A stretch of 64,000 bases of DNA from Blastocatellia bacterium (lineage in GTDB: Bacteria > Acidobacteriota > Blastocatellia > UBA7656): contig JBJMGU010000152.1 of the NCBI GenBank assembly GCA_045807765.1, forward strand, positions 1-64,000, read 5' to 3'. The notes beneath the pieces were generated by a model. The model had not been told where the DNA came from. It made no database searches and was given only the letters and a program-made list of their open reading frames with translations. Positions 8,642 to 18,181 of this stretch are shown here, piece after piece. The position numbers and the translations under genes were made by a program. Every line of letters starts with the position of its first letter. Position 1 is the first letter of the stretch.

Positions 8642-10858
8642 TTAGCGTTTGGCCATCGCTTGCAATCCGCCGTTGTTGGCCGCTTTATCGTCCTTGCCGT
8701 CGCCGACCTGCAAGCGCTCGCGGAAGAGGTTCAACAACAGCAGCGTGCCGATGTTGCCGGTGCCGTCGCTGTCGCCGCCCGACGCCAGCACGTCCGGCGT
8801 GATGCGCACGCCTTTTTCGCCGATGACTTTTAAGGCTTCGACCATCGCCACGCCGTGCGGGCCGATAGCGTTCACCTGTTCGGCGTAGGCGACGCCCTGC
8901 GCTTCACCCATCAGCCGCACCTTTTCGGCTTCGGCGCGGCCCGTCGCTAGAATGTAATGCGCCTCACCATCGGCTTCGGCCTTGCGCTGCTCGGCGCGCT
9001 TGCCACTGATTTCGACGCCGACGGTTGCCGCCATCAGGTCGCGCTGATTGTCGGCATGCGCCTTGGTCTTTTCCAGTTGGATGCGCTTATCTTCGGCCTC
9101 GCGCTGGGCGTTGAACATGCTCTGCTTCTGCTCGGCCAGAATCTTCTCGGTCTGCGTCTTCATCAACTCTTCAGGCAAGCGGATGTGGCAGATCAAAACG
9201 TTCACCACGTCAACGTGATACTTCAACAGGTGGGCGCGGACGCGAGCCTCGGCGCGCTCCTGCTCTTCGTGGCGATTTTGCAGATAGGCCATCGCCGAAG
9301 ACTCGGACGCCTGGTTGCGGAAGATCGAATCGATCAGCGGGTGCATGACGTTCTGAATCAGCTTTTCGATTGAGCCGATCTTGGCGACCATGAAGGGCGC
9401 GTCTTCGGGCTTGACGCGGAAGACGACGCGCACTTCGAGCTGCATCGTAAAGCCGTCCTTCGAGATCACCTCGAACGGGTTAAAGGTATTGGTCATTTCG
9501 CCCGCCGTCCACTCGACCGTCTGGTTGGTGGTCGGGATGACGATGGGCGTCACCGCCAGCGTGTTGACATAGTAGCGGCCCGGCCCGACGACCGATTCCT
9601 GAATGCCGCGATAGCCGTCCGGTACGACGTAGGCTTCGTGCGCGCCCTGATCGAGACGGCGATCCGCCGGGTCTACAGCCGCCAGCTCCTGCTTGATCTC
9701 TGCAACCGTGCGGTCTTCATCGTCGAGCTTATCGAGACGCGCTGCCGCCTGATTGATGTGCTCGGCCTCTTCGCGCTCCAATCGCTCGCGAATCTTAGCG
9801 GCCATCGCGCGGCGCACGTCTTCGCCGGGGTCTTTGCCGACGTTCGAGACGATGACGGCGACTTCGCCGGGTTTCACTTCCTTGGCCGTCTCAGGAATGA
9901 CTTTGAACTGCATCGGGTTGATGTAGTAAGTGCCGGGCAGCAGGATGTCTTTCTGCGGGCCGCGCTGGCCGCCGGCATTGATGAACTGGTTACCGTCCTG
10001 AAAATTGTCGTGGCCCTCGACCGGCGCGGCGACGTAATCTCGCGGGTTGAGCGGCGCGCCGTCCAGGGCTTCGACCAGGCCGATCTGGTTTTCGCTGATC
10101 ACCGTCGCGTCATAGAGGCGTATGAAGAACAGGCCGAGCTTGCGCTCCTGTCCGCCTTCGAGCGGGACCGAATCGGTGAGGATGCGGTAGGTGCCGGGCG
10201 TGAGGATTTCGACCTGCGGCCCTTTGTGGCCGCCGGCGCTGATGAACAGCTCGGCGTCCTGAAAGTTGCGATGGCCCTTGATGGCCTTGCCGAGCAGCCG
10301 GCCTCCATCGAGCGGCGCGCCGTCGGCAGTCGTGGCGAGGCCAACCTTGCCCTGCGGGATGACGGTCGCTTTGGCGACCGAGACGCGGAACAGGTAAGGG
10401 TGAATTGGCCACAGGCCCGGCGGCAGCGTGCGCAGTTGGATGCCTTTGACACCGCCCTGTTTGATGAAGGCAATCGGGTCCTGAAAGTTGTTGTGCGCGT
10501 TCTGCGCTCGGTCGGGCGCGAAGATTCTACCGGGCGGGTTCGGCTCGCCGTCAACGGCTTCGATGATGCCCATCTCGTCAGAGCCGATCTCGATAAGCGG
10601 CACCTTGCGCACGACCTTCTCGAAAGGCCACCTGATCAGGTGCAGGCCGGGCTTGAGCACATCGGCCTGAATGCCGACCTCGCCTTCGGTGGCGACGACG
10701 CGACCGGGCGGCATGCGCCGGCCAAAGTAGCGGCGCTCTTTGATGGCGATCTCGCGCGCGCCGACGTTGACGAAGATGCGTCGCAAGATGGTCAGCAGGA
10801 TGATAAAGGCGATGACGCCGAGGACGATCCAGGGCAGAAGGTTTGCGTCAATTTTCAT
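8642..10858 (-). CDS. Flotillin/SPFH (band-7) family membrane protein with a triplicated N-terminal module
   Basis: N-terminal TM helix. Three repeats of about 75 aa each carry NFQD...AGG.KGPQ..IL.PGTY. C-terminal SPFH domain and a flotillin-type EA-rich coiled coil (EQKQSMFNAQREAEDKRIQLEK...). Confidence 0.85.
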   Translation of the reverse strand: MKIDANLLPWIVLGVIAFIILLTILRRIFVNVGAREIAIKERRYFGRRMPPGRVVATEGEVGIQADVLKPGLHLIRWPFEKVVRKVPLIEIGSDEMGIIEAVDGEPNPPGRIFAPDRAQNAHNNFQDPIAFIKQGGVKGIQLRTLPPGLWPIHPYLFRVSVAKATVIPQGKVGLATTADGAPLDGGRLLGKAIKGHRNFQDAELFISAGGHKGPQVEILTPGTYRILTDSVPLEGGQERKLGLFFIRLYDATVISENQIGLVEALDGAPLNPRDYVAAPVEGHDNFQDGNQFINAGGQRGPQKDILLPGTYYINPMQFKVIPETAKEVKPGEVAVIVSNVGKDPGEDVRRAMAAKIRERLEREEAEHINQAAARLDKLDDEDRTVAEIKQELAAVDPADRRLDQGAHEAYVVPDGYRGIQESVVGPGRYYVNTLAVTPIVIPTTNQTVEWTAGEMTNTFNPFEVISKDGFTMQLEVRVVFRVKPEDAPFMVAKIGSIEKLIQNVMHPLIDSIFRNQASESSAMAYLQNRHEEQERAEARVRAHLLKYHVDVVNVLICHIRLPEELMKTQTEKILAEQKQSMFNAQREAEDKRIQLEKTKAHADNQRDLMAATVGVEISGKRAEQRKAEADGEAHYILATGRAEAEKVRLMGEAQGVAYAEQVNAIGPHGVAMVEALKVIGEKGVRITPDVLASGGDSDGTGNIGTLLLLNLFRERLQVGDGKDDKAANNGGLQAMAKR

Positions 10859-10900
10859 AATCGAACCTCACAAGCTGGCAAAGTGTTTATGTGCTTCCAG

Positions 10901-11571
10901 CTACTTTGCGGAAGCTGCCGCCGCCAGCTCGCGGCGCGCTTCCGCCAGTCTCTGTTTCAAAGCGAAGCCGTCGCCGCCGCGCTGCGCCTCGGTGCTGAGC
11001 ACCCAAAATTGGCTTTCAAGCAGCGCGAGCAATTCGTCCGCCGAAAAGCCGGCGAGCCGGCCTTTCTTGAATGCCTCGATGGCCAGATTCACCGCCCGAC
11101 GATAGGTCTTGGCATCATCGGCGAGCCCGGCGACGTGCAGCATGTCAACCGTTGAGCGACGATCCGGCGCCGATTGCCATGCCCCGATGACCCGCTCGGC
11201 CAATCGGACGTTGGCGCGCAGATCGTCGCTTCTAGCAAGTTGTCGGACGAGCGTGGCAAGACTCTCCTGACGCTCGCAGACATCGATCAGCGTATTCAAT
11301 ACGTCCTGATAAAGTTGCGCCTCGTGGCGCGCTTCCCGCAGGGTGGTTAAGTCGCCTTGCCGTGCACGCTCAATCAATGAAGCGTCGGGCGCAGGCGGCG
11401 CCGGTGAATCGGTCTCATTCGACTCGTCGGCAAAGAGTGACACCGGCTGGCGCGGCAACTCCGATTGCGTCTCGCGGCCCGGCAGCGTGCGCCCCTGGCG
11501 GTAGACCGCGAAGGCTAGCGCCGCTGCTCCTGCAAAGGCAATCACAAAAATAATCAGAATGAAAAACATGG
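10901..11571 (-). CDS. Membrane-anchored hypothetical protein upstream of the flotillin (same operon)
   Basis: MFFILIIFVIAFAGAAALAFAVY TM anchor followed by a soluble helical domain. It ends 43 bp before the flotillin start. Confidence 0.55.
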
Positions 11572-11685
11572 TGTTGCACCCTGAGCGGCACCGGCGCGGG
11601 GGCAATCAGTGTAACTCGGCTGCGGTGCGCTTTTAGTGTGAGCGTGCAGGACGCAACGGTCAAGGATAATCTGACAACAGGCAGG

Positions 11686-11777
11686 GACTAGGGACTAGGG
11701 GCTAGGGGCTAGGGGGAGGGCAGCGAATCTACGCTTTTCCTGCTAGCCCCTAGTCCCTAGTCCCTAGCCCCTAGTCT
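11686..11777. repeat. Family A heptamer-arm hairpin element, copy 2
   Basis: gggactagggactaggggctaggggctaggggg ... ttttcctgctagcccctagtccctagtccctagcccctagtc, immediately downstream of the TonB receptor stop. It shares the ttcctgctagcccctagtccctagtcc core with copy 1. Confidence 0.8.
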
Positions 11778-14738
11778 TCAGAAGCGCAGCTTCATGCCAA
11801 GCTGTGCCTGGCGCGGATCGCCAAACCCTGAACGCACCGTGCCGTCAAAGTTGAACAACAGCGGGCGCGGCACCGAGACCAGGTTGGTGTTGTTGAACAG
11901 GTTGAAGACTTCGACAATCGGCTCAAGCTGGGCATGCTCGCCGAGCCTGAAGATGCGGCTGAAGCGAAAGTCGAACGAGTAAAACTGATTATGCTTGCGA
12001 ATGGTGTTGCGCCCGATATCATTGCCTCCGGCAAACGGGCGGTCGAGCGTGTTGCCATCGCCGTTGGCGTCGTTCGCCAGCAAAATGGAATCGGGCTGCG
12101 CCGAGCGCGCCTGAAAGATCGTCGTCAGGATGAAATGATACGGTATATCGAACACCCCGAAGGCGTTGAAGCGGTGGCGCTGGTCGCGGTCCGAAAAGCC
12201 GTACTCCGGCTTGAAGTTGGTCACGTCGGCGTAACGGAACGTGAACGGGTCACGCTCGTTGTCGTCGTTCGAATAGTCCCAGCTCAGCACATAATTGACC
12301 TGGAACTGAAAGCGGTTGCTGAACCGTTTATTGGCCGAAAAGACGAAGCCGCGGTAGAGCGAGCGGCCCGACGAGTCTGTGTCTTTGAGCGCGCCGATGC
12401 CCGAACCGTCTGCCTTGGCGAACGGCTGCGGGCCGTCAAACAGCCGGCGCCCATCCGCTGCCGTGTGGCCGATGAAGGCCGGGATGTTGCGGTTGATGAA
12501 GGTCGTCAGGTGGACCGAGTTCGCGTAGTTGAAGCCGAAGGTCAGCGTCAGGTCTTTGGCGACCTCGTGCTCGATTGAAGCGCCCCATTGCAGCGTACGC
12601 GGGTTGCGGAAGTTCTGATCGAACACGGTCACGTCCGGGTTGAAGGGCGAGAAGAACGCCGTGTTCGTGTAGATGCCGAGGTTCGCCGGCGGCGTCGGCA
12701 AGAAAGGCAGGCCGCAGCAGGTAAAGATGTTGCCGGCAATCGAGCCGTCCGTGTTGCGCGCCCCGGCCAGCACCAGCCCCGGTATGCGCGCGTAGAAGAT
12801 GCCGGCGTTCAGACGAATCACCGTCTTGCCGCTGCCTGTCGGGTCCCAGGAGATGCCCAATCTAGGCTGCCAGCCGCGCTTCTCTGAAGGGATCGTGCCG
12901 TCGGAAGGGAAGCCCGCTCGGCCGACAAACTGGCCATAGCGGCGTTGGTCTAACGGCAGGATCGGCTGGTCTTCGATCTGCGCGTAGTAGCGCAGGCCGT
13001 AGCTGATCGCGAGGTTCGGGCGCGGCTGCCACTTGTCCTGCACGTAGAATTCCGGCTCAATCTGCGTGAACGCCTGCGTGCCCGCCTCTTCGACGGTGCG
13101 CCCGCCCAGGGGGGCGAATTGTAAGTAAAGCAATAGGTCGCTTGAGTTCGCCGGGTTGTTCAGGTAATTCTGAAATCCCTGCACCGAGCCGAAGATGTAG
13201 CGCCCGCGACCGAAGCCGATGAAGGTCTGGCTGGTGTGCGTGCGGTTGAAATCGAAACCGAACTTGAACGAGTGCGCGCCGCTCAGCACGGAGAAGTTGT
13301 CGGTGAACTGCAAGCGCGTGTCGGTTTCGGGCACAGGCAAAAAGAACGGGCGACCGAATCGGAAGGCGGTGAACTCGCCGGTCACCGGGTCGTTGCCGGC
13401 GATGGCGACGTCGGGCAGGTCCGGCCCGTCGTAAAAGCGCGGGCGGTTTTCGCGCGCGTACTGGAAGCGGAACTCGTTCAACAGCGACGCCGAAAAGGTC
13501 GTCACCAGTTGCGAGATGAAGGCATTCGAGTTGTCTGTCTCGCGCCCATTGGCGCTCGTGCCCCAGGTCGGCACGTCGAAGGTGCCGTTGACCTGCTCGG
13601 CGCGGCTGTAGTTGTGGCGCACCGTCAGCAAGTTCTTCGAGTTGATGTTCCAGTCCAGCTTGCCGATCAAGGCGTTGGCATCGTTGGTGCGCTCGATGAC
13701 ACCTTGCTCGTTCGGGTCATTGAAGCGCGTCGCGAAGATGTTGGCCAGCACCGGGTCAATGCGGTTCGGCTTTTTGCTGTTGCCGGCGTTCTGGTCATAG
13801 GCGACGAAGAAGAAGGCGCGGTCGCGTTTGATGGGGCCGCCGAAGCTGCCGCCAAACTGGTACTGGCGAAAGTCGTCCGTCGGCAACTGCGCTTTCACGG
13901 CGTCGGGGTTCTGCGCGGTCAGCTTTTCGGCGCGGTAGAAGGCGAAGCCCGAGCCGTGAAATGCGTTGGTGCCCGACTTGGTGACGACGTTGATGAAGCC
14001 GCCCGACGAGCGGCCAAACTCCGCCGAGCCGCCGTCACTGACGACCTGGAACTCTTTGACGGCTTCGAGCGAGATGGTGAACTGCGGGCGCTGGCCGCCG
14101 CGCTGTTCGCCGAAGAAGGGATTGTTGGCGTCCGAGCCGTCAATCGAGATGTTGTTCTGAATGCCCTTCTGCCCGTTGATGGTGATCTCGTTGCCGTCCG
14201 GACCTTGCACGATGGAAACGGTCGGCGCGAGCTTGATGAAGCCCGTGAAGTCGCGCCCGTTGATCGGCAGGTTCTCGACCGAGCGCTTGTCTACGAGCGT
14301 GGACTGCTCGGCGCGCGTCGTCTCGACGATGGGCGCGTCGCTGGTGACAGTGACCGATTCGCTGGTGCCCGCCGGTTGCATCGTCAGGTTGAAGTTGAGC
14401 GTCTGGCCGACGGTCAGCTCGATGCTCTCGCGAACGACGCGGGTGAAGCCCTGCTTCTGCGCGTCGAGGGTGTAGGTGCCAAGCGGCAGCAGCACGGCGC
14501 GGAAGCGCCCGTTGTCGTCGGTCGTCGCCGTGCGCTCAAAGCCTGTGTCTTTATTCTTGATGGCGACCGTAGCACCGGCGACGACGGCGTTGTTCTGGTC
14601 ATAGACGATGCCTTCGATGACGCCGGTTGTGGATTGCGATTGTGCTCGCGCCGTCATAGGCAGAAGCAGCGCTAGCAGCGCCAGGGCCAGTGGCAATGCC
14701 TGGTGGCGAAGCATACTTAAGGCGCGTTTGATTCTCAT
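11778..14738 (-). CDS. TonB-dependent outer-membrane receptor with an N-terminal carboxypeptidase-regulatory-like domain
   Basis: AAGGAG RBS. Signal peptide. GVIEGIVYDQNNAVVAGATVAI...DDNGRF is the CarboxypepD_reg signature. The C-terminus ...LGMKLRF ends in a terminal aromatic, typical of an OMP beta-barrel. Confidence 0.85.
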   Translation of the reverse strand: MRIKRALSMLRHQALPLALALLALLLPMTARAQSQSTTGVIEGIVYDQNNAVVAGATVAIKNKDTGFERTATTDDNGRFRAVLLPLGTYTLDAQKQGFTRVVRESIELTVGQTLNFNLTMQPAGTSESVTVTSDAPIVETTRAEQSTLVDKRSVENLPINGRDFTGFIKLAPTVSIVQGPDGNEITINGQKGIQNNISIDGSDANNPFFGEQRGGQRPQFTISLEAVKEFQVVSDGGSAEFGRSSGGFINVVTKSGTNAFHGSGFAFYRAEKLTAQNPDAVKAQLPTDDFRQYQFGGSFGGPIKRDRAFFFVAYDQNAGNSKKPNRIDPVLANIFATRFNDPNEQGVIERTNDANALIGKLDWNINSKNLLTVRHNYSRAEQVNGTFDVPTWGTSANGRETDNSNAFISQLVTTFSASLLNEFRFQYARENRPRFYDGPDLPDVAIAGNDPVTGEFTAFRFGRPFFLPVPETDTRLQFTDNFSVLSGAHSFKFGFDFNRTHTSQTFIGFGRGRYIFGSVQGFQNYLNNPANSSDLLLYLQFAPLGGRTVEEAGTQAFTQIEPEFYVQDKWQPRPNLAISYGLRYYAQIEDQPILPLDQRRYGQFVGRAGFPSDGTIPSEKRGWQPRLGISWDPTGSGKTVIRLNAGIFYARIPGLVLAGARNTDGSIAGNIFTCCGLPFLPTPPANLGIYTNTAFFSPFNPDVTVFDQNFRNPRTLQWGASIEHEVAKDLTLTFGFNYANSVHLTTFINRNIPAFIGHTAADGRRLFDGPQPFAKADGSGIGALKDTDSSGRSLYRGFVFSANKRFSNRFQFQVNYVLSWDYSNDDNERDPFTFRYADVTNFKPEYGFSDRDQRHRFNAFGVFDIPYHFILTTIFQARSAQPDSILLANDANGDGNTLDRPFAGGNDIGRNTIRKHNQFYSFDFRFSRIFRLGEHAQLEPIVEVFNLFNNTNLVSVPRPLLFNFDGTVRSGFGDPRQAQLGMKLRF

Positions 14739-14993
14739 GAGACTCTCCTTGTGTTGACCTGATAGGGTGATGAGTGGCACACGACTCGGAGGCGGGCCTC
14801 TTGCTCCCTACGCCCGCATACTTGTTCGTTTTTCTTCGGTTGTAAAAGAGCGCAGATCAGAACCCGGCTGACTGAGTGGGCACTCGCGGTTATATGCCAC
14901 CGCGCCGGAAATTTCAAGCGGTTGTAACTTTCCGGCTACGTCAAACGTGTAGTCGTTAGAAATCAAATGACCGTTTGAAAGGAGATCGGAAAG

Positions 14994-16313
14994 ATGCAAT
15001 TAAATGAATCTTACGATGCCATCATTATCGGCGGCGGCGTGGCGGGGTTGACCGCCGCCACATTCATTGCACGGCAGGGTAAGCGCGTCAGGTTGTTTGA
15101 GCAAGCGCACGACCTCGGCGGACGCGCACGGACGAAGACGCAGGACGGTTTTCATTTCAACATCGGGCCGCACGCGCTCTATCGCGGCGGGCGCGGCATC
15201 GAGATTCTTGGCGAGCTGGGCGTCCGTGTGAGCGGGCGCGTACCTGCGGTCTCCGGCGCGTTTGCCATTAAAAACAATCAGAAGCACACCTTCCCTTCGG
15301 GAATCACATCGCTGCTGACGACTGGTCTGTTCGGGCTGTCGGCAAAGCTCGAAGCCATGCGCTGGCTGGCGTCACTGCCGAAGCTCGACACGAAAAGCCT
15401 GATGCGCGTCAGCTTGCGCGAGTGGCTCGATGGCCACATCACGCACCACGAAGTACAAGAGTTCTTGATCGCGGCGCTGCGCATCGCGACTTACACCAAC
15501 GCGACGGATCGGTTGAGCGCCGGCGCTGCTCTCAGGCAGTTGCAACTGGCTTTCGCCAAAGGCGTCCTCTATCTCGATGGCGGCTGGCAGACAATTGTTG
15601 ACGGCTTGCGCGATGCCGCGCTCGCCGCCGGTGTCGAGATCGAAACCGCCGTGAAGGTCGAGCGTGTCGAACGCGATCCAAATGGCGTAGCGCGCGCCGT
15701 CTGCACTGCGGATGGCCGAATCATCTACGCCGCCGGCATCATCATCGCCGCCAGTCCACAGATAGCCGCGCGTCTGGTCGAGCGCGGCGAGCAGACCGAG
15801 CTGGCGCGCTGGGCCGACGCCGCCGTCCCTGTGAAAGCGGCATGTCTGGATGTCGCGCTCACACGCTTGCCGAAGCCGAAGGCGCTCTACGCCTTCGGCA
15901 TTGATCGCCCGCTCTACCTGTCTGTGCATTCGGCGTCGGCGCGGCTGGCCCCGGCGGGCGGCGCGCTGATTCATGTCGCTAAATATCTCGCGCCCGACGC
16001 CGATGATTCGCCAGCGCAGGTCGAGCGCGAGCTGGAAGACTTGCTCGACCTCGTGCAGCCAAGCTGGCGCAAAGAGGTGGCGCATCGCCGCTTCCTGCCC
16101 GACATGACGGTGATGAACGCCGTGGCGCTGGCCACCCAAAGCGGCACAGAAGGCAGGCCCGGCCCGCAGGTTGACGAGGTGCCCGGCCTCTACGTCGCCG
16201 GCGATTGGGTCGGCGCAGAAGGCATGCTAGTTGATGCAAGCCTTGCGAGCGCGCGGCGCGCCGCGGAGATGGTGGCCGCCGCGCGAACTTTCAAGGTGCA
16301 TGCTATCGTTTAA
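14994..16313 (+). CDS. FAD-dependent oxidoreductase (amine-oxidase/phytoene-desaturase-like fold)
   Basis: DAIIIGGGVAGLTAATFIARQGKRVRLFEQAHDLGGRA is a Rossmann FAD-binding motif. AAAGGAG RBS. Confidence 0.8.
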   Translation: MQLNESYDAIIIGGGVAGLTAATFIARQGKRVRLFEQAHDLGGRARTKTQDGFHFNIGPHALYRGGRGIEILGELGVRVSGRVPAVSGAFAIKNNQKHTFPSGITSLLTTGLFGLSAKLEAMRWLASLPKLDTKSLMRVSLREWLDGHITHHEVQEFLIAALRIATYTNATDRLSAGAALRQLQLAFAKGVLYLDGGWQTIVDGLRDAALAAGVEIETAVKVERVERDPNGVARAVCTADGRIIYAAGIIIAASPQIAARLVERGEQTELARWADAAVPVKAACLDVALTRLPKPKALYAFGIDRPLYLSVHSASARLAPAGGALIHVAKYLAPDADDSPAQVERELEDLLDLVQPSWRKEVAHRRFLPDMTVMNAVALATQSGTEGRPGPQVDEVPGLYVAGDWVGAEGMLVDASLASARRAAEMVAAARTFKVHAIV

Positions 16314-16374
16314 CATCTGCTTGCCTCAGCGTCGCCTGAGTGCAGCTTATCCTTGAACTTTGTTGGAGAGGTTA

Positions 16375-17099
16375 TGACGATTACGAACACGCAAACAGGC
16401 ACGAATATATCCGAGATTGCCGAAGGCATTTACCGCATCAACACGCCGCTGGACGCGATTCCGGGCGGCTTTTCGTTCAATCAATATCTCATCCTAGACG
16501 AAGAACCGTTGCTGTTTCACACAGGCATGCGCAAGCTCTTTCCGCTGGTGCGCGAAGCGGTCGCCCACGTTCTGCCGGTCGAGCGTTTGCGCTACGTTGC
16601 GTTTTCGCATGTCGAAGCCGATGAATGCGGCTCGCTCAACCAGTGGCTTGCTGAAGCGCCGCAGGCTCAGCCGGTTTGCAGCCGCATCGCCGCCCTGACT
16701 TCAATCGAAGATCAGGCCGACCGCGCGCCGCGTGTGCTGGCCGATGGCGAACGGCTGACGCTGGGCCGTCATACGGTCGAGTGGTTCGACACGCCGCACC
16801 TGCCGCACGGATGGGAGAGCGGTTTGATGATGGAGCGCGAAACGCGCACGCTGTTGTGCGGCGACCTGTTCACGCAACCGGGCGCGAAGATGCCGGCGCT
16901 CACCGAGTCCGACATTTTGGAGCCGAGCGAAGCCCTGCGCGGCAAACTCGATTACTTTGCGCATTCGCGCAACACGCGCGCCATGCTTGAGCGACTGGCG
17001 GCGACCGAGCCGCAAACGCTCGCCTGCATGCATGGCAGCGCATGGCGCGGTGATGGCGCGGCGTTGCTGCGCGCGCTGGCTGATCGCATGGATCAATAA
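16375..17099 (+). CDS. MBL-fold / ODP-like metallo-hydrolase domain protein
   Basis: GGAGAGG RBS. FSHVEADECGS and conserved His/Asp spacing resemble the flavorubredoxin-type beta-lactamase-like domain. The canonical HxHxDH motif is not obvious. Confidence 0.55.
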
Positions 17100-17131
17100 T
17101 CAGAGGAGCGCGCCGCCGGACGGCTTGACCC

Positions 17132-18055
17132 ATGACTGCTTACGCCGAAACGCTCGACAATGACCGCCGACTGCTCTGGGGCTTATGTTACAGAATGACC
17201 GGCAACGCCGCCGACGCCGAAGACCTCGTGCAAGAGACCTTCGTGCGAGCACTTGAGCATCCGCCGCGCCGCACAGACGAGCCGTTGCGTCCCTGGCTGG
17301 TGCGCGTGGCGATGAACTTGAGCCGCGACCTGCTGCGTCGGCGGCGGCGGCGCGATTACACCGGGCCGTGGCTGCCGTCGCCTGTGCCGACCGATGAAGC
17401 AAGCCTGCCGTCGTTTGAGCCCGCGGCGCCCTCCACGGATTCGCCGGCGGCGCGCTATGACCTCTTGGAGAGCATCTCGTTCGCCTTCCTGCTGGCCCTC
17501 GAAGCGCTGACGCCGACGCAGCGCGCCGTGTTGTTGCTGCGCGACGTCTTCGATTATTCGACCGCCGAGACCGCCGCCGCGCTCGACCTGACGGAAGCCA
17601 ACGTCAAAGTCACACTGCTCCGCGCCCGCAAGCGCATGAAAGATTACGACCGGCGGCGGGCCGATCTCAGTCCCGCTAAACGCGAAGCGACAAGGCAAGC
17701 GCTCGAACAATTCCTGCTCTACCTGAACAGCCGCGACGCCGCGGGACTTGAGCGATTGCTTGCCGCCGATGTCGTCAGCCTCTCGGACGGCGGCGGCGAA
17801 GTACAGGCGGCGCTACAACCCATCCGCGGGCGCGACAAGCTGCTGCGCTTGATCGCGGCGCTCAACCTGAAGCTCAAGGGCAAGCCGCGCCCCGTGCGGC
17901 GCGTATTGAACGGCTTGCCGGCGATTGTTTTTGAAGACGTTGCTTCGACGGCGACGCGCGCCACACGCTACACTGTGCAGATCGAATTAGACGACGCCGG
18001 ACGCATCCGCCGGCTCGATTCCGTCCTTGCGCCGAGCAAGCTGACCGCCGTTTAA
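17132..18055 (+). CDS. ECF sigma factor of the ECF41 type (sigma-2/sigma-4 plus a SnoaL-like C-terminal extension)
   Basis: The sigma-2 region LVQETFVRALEHP is present. YTGPWLPSP in the sigma-2/sigma-4 linker matches the ECF41 YVGPWLPEP motif. SDGGGEV matches the DGGGK motif. The roughly 110 aa extension has no adjacent anti-sigma gene. Confidence 0.85.
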   Translation: MTAYAETLDNDRRLLWGLCYRMTGNAADAEDLVQETFVRALEHPPRRTDEPLRPWLVRVAMNLSRDLLRRRRRRDYTGPWLPSPVPTDEASLPSFEPAAPSTDSPAARYDLLESISFAFLLALEALTPTQRAVLLLRDVFDYSTAETAAALDLTEANVKVTLLRARKRMKDYDRRRADLSPAKREATRQALEQFLLYLNSRDAAGLERLLAADVVSLSDGGGEVQAALQPIRGRDKLLRLIAALNLKLKGKPRPVRRVLNGLPAIVFEDVASTATRATRYTVQIELDDAGRIRRLDSVLAPSKLTAV

Positions 18056-18065
18056 TTCTTCGGAG

Positions 18066-18157
18066 AGGGAACCACAGATGAACACAGATAAACACAGATA
18101 AGATGGTTTTCTCTTCCATCGGTGTTCATCTGTGTTCATCTGTGGTTTCATTCCCGA
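18066..18157. repeat. Family B hairpin element, copy 1 (GAACCACAGATGAACACAGAT..., 10-nt periodic arms)
   Basis: ggaaccacagatgaacacagataaacacagataagatgg-ttttctct-tccatcggtgttcatctgtgttcatctgtggtttcattc. The stem is about 35 bp. Confidence 0.85.
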
Positions 18158-18181
18158 TGTCTTGCAGGCGGAGGCTGTGCG

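Noticed and set aside
9638-11155. 505-aa plus-strand ORF
   Set aside because: It is antisense to the flotillin gene and the membrane partner gene, is R/A/D-rich, and has no motifs.
13236-14675. 479-aa plus-strand ORF
   Set aside because: It is antisense to the TonB-dependent receptor gene and has Arg/Ala/Gly-rich low-complexity composition typical of GC-rich antisense frames. No RBS and no domain signal.
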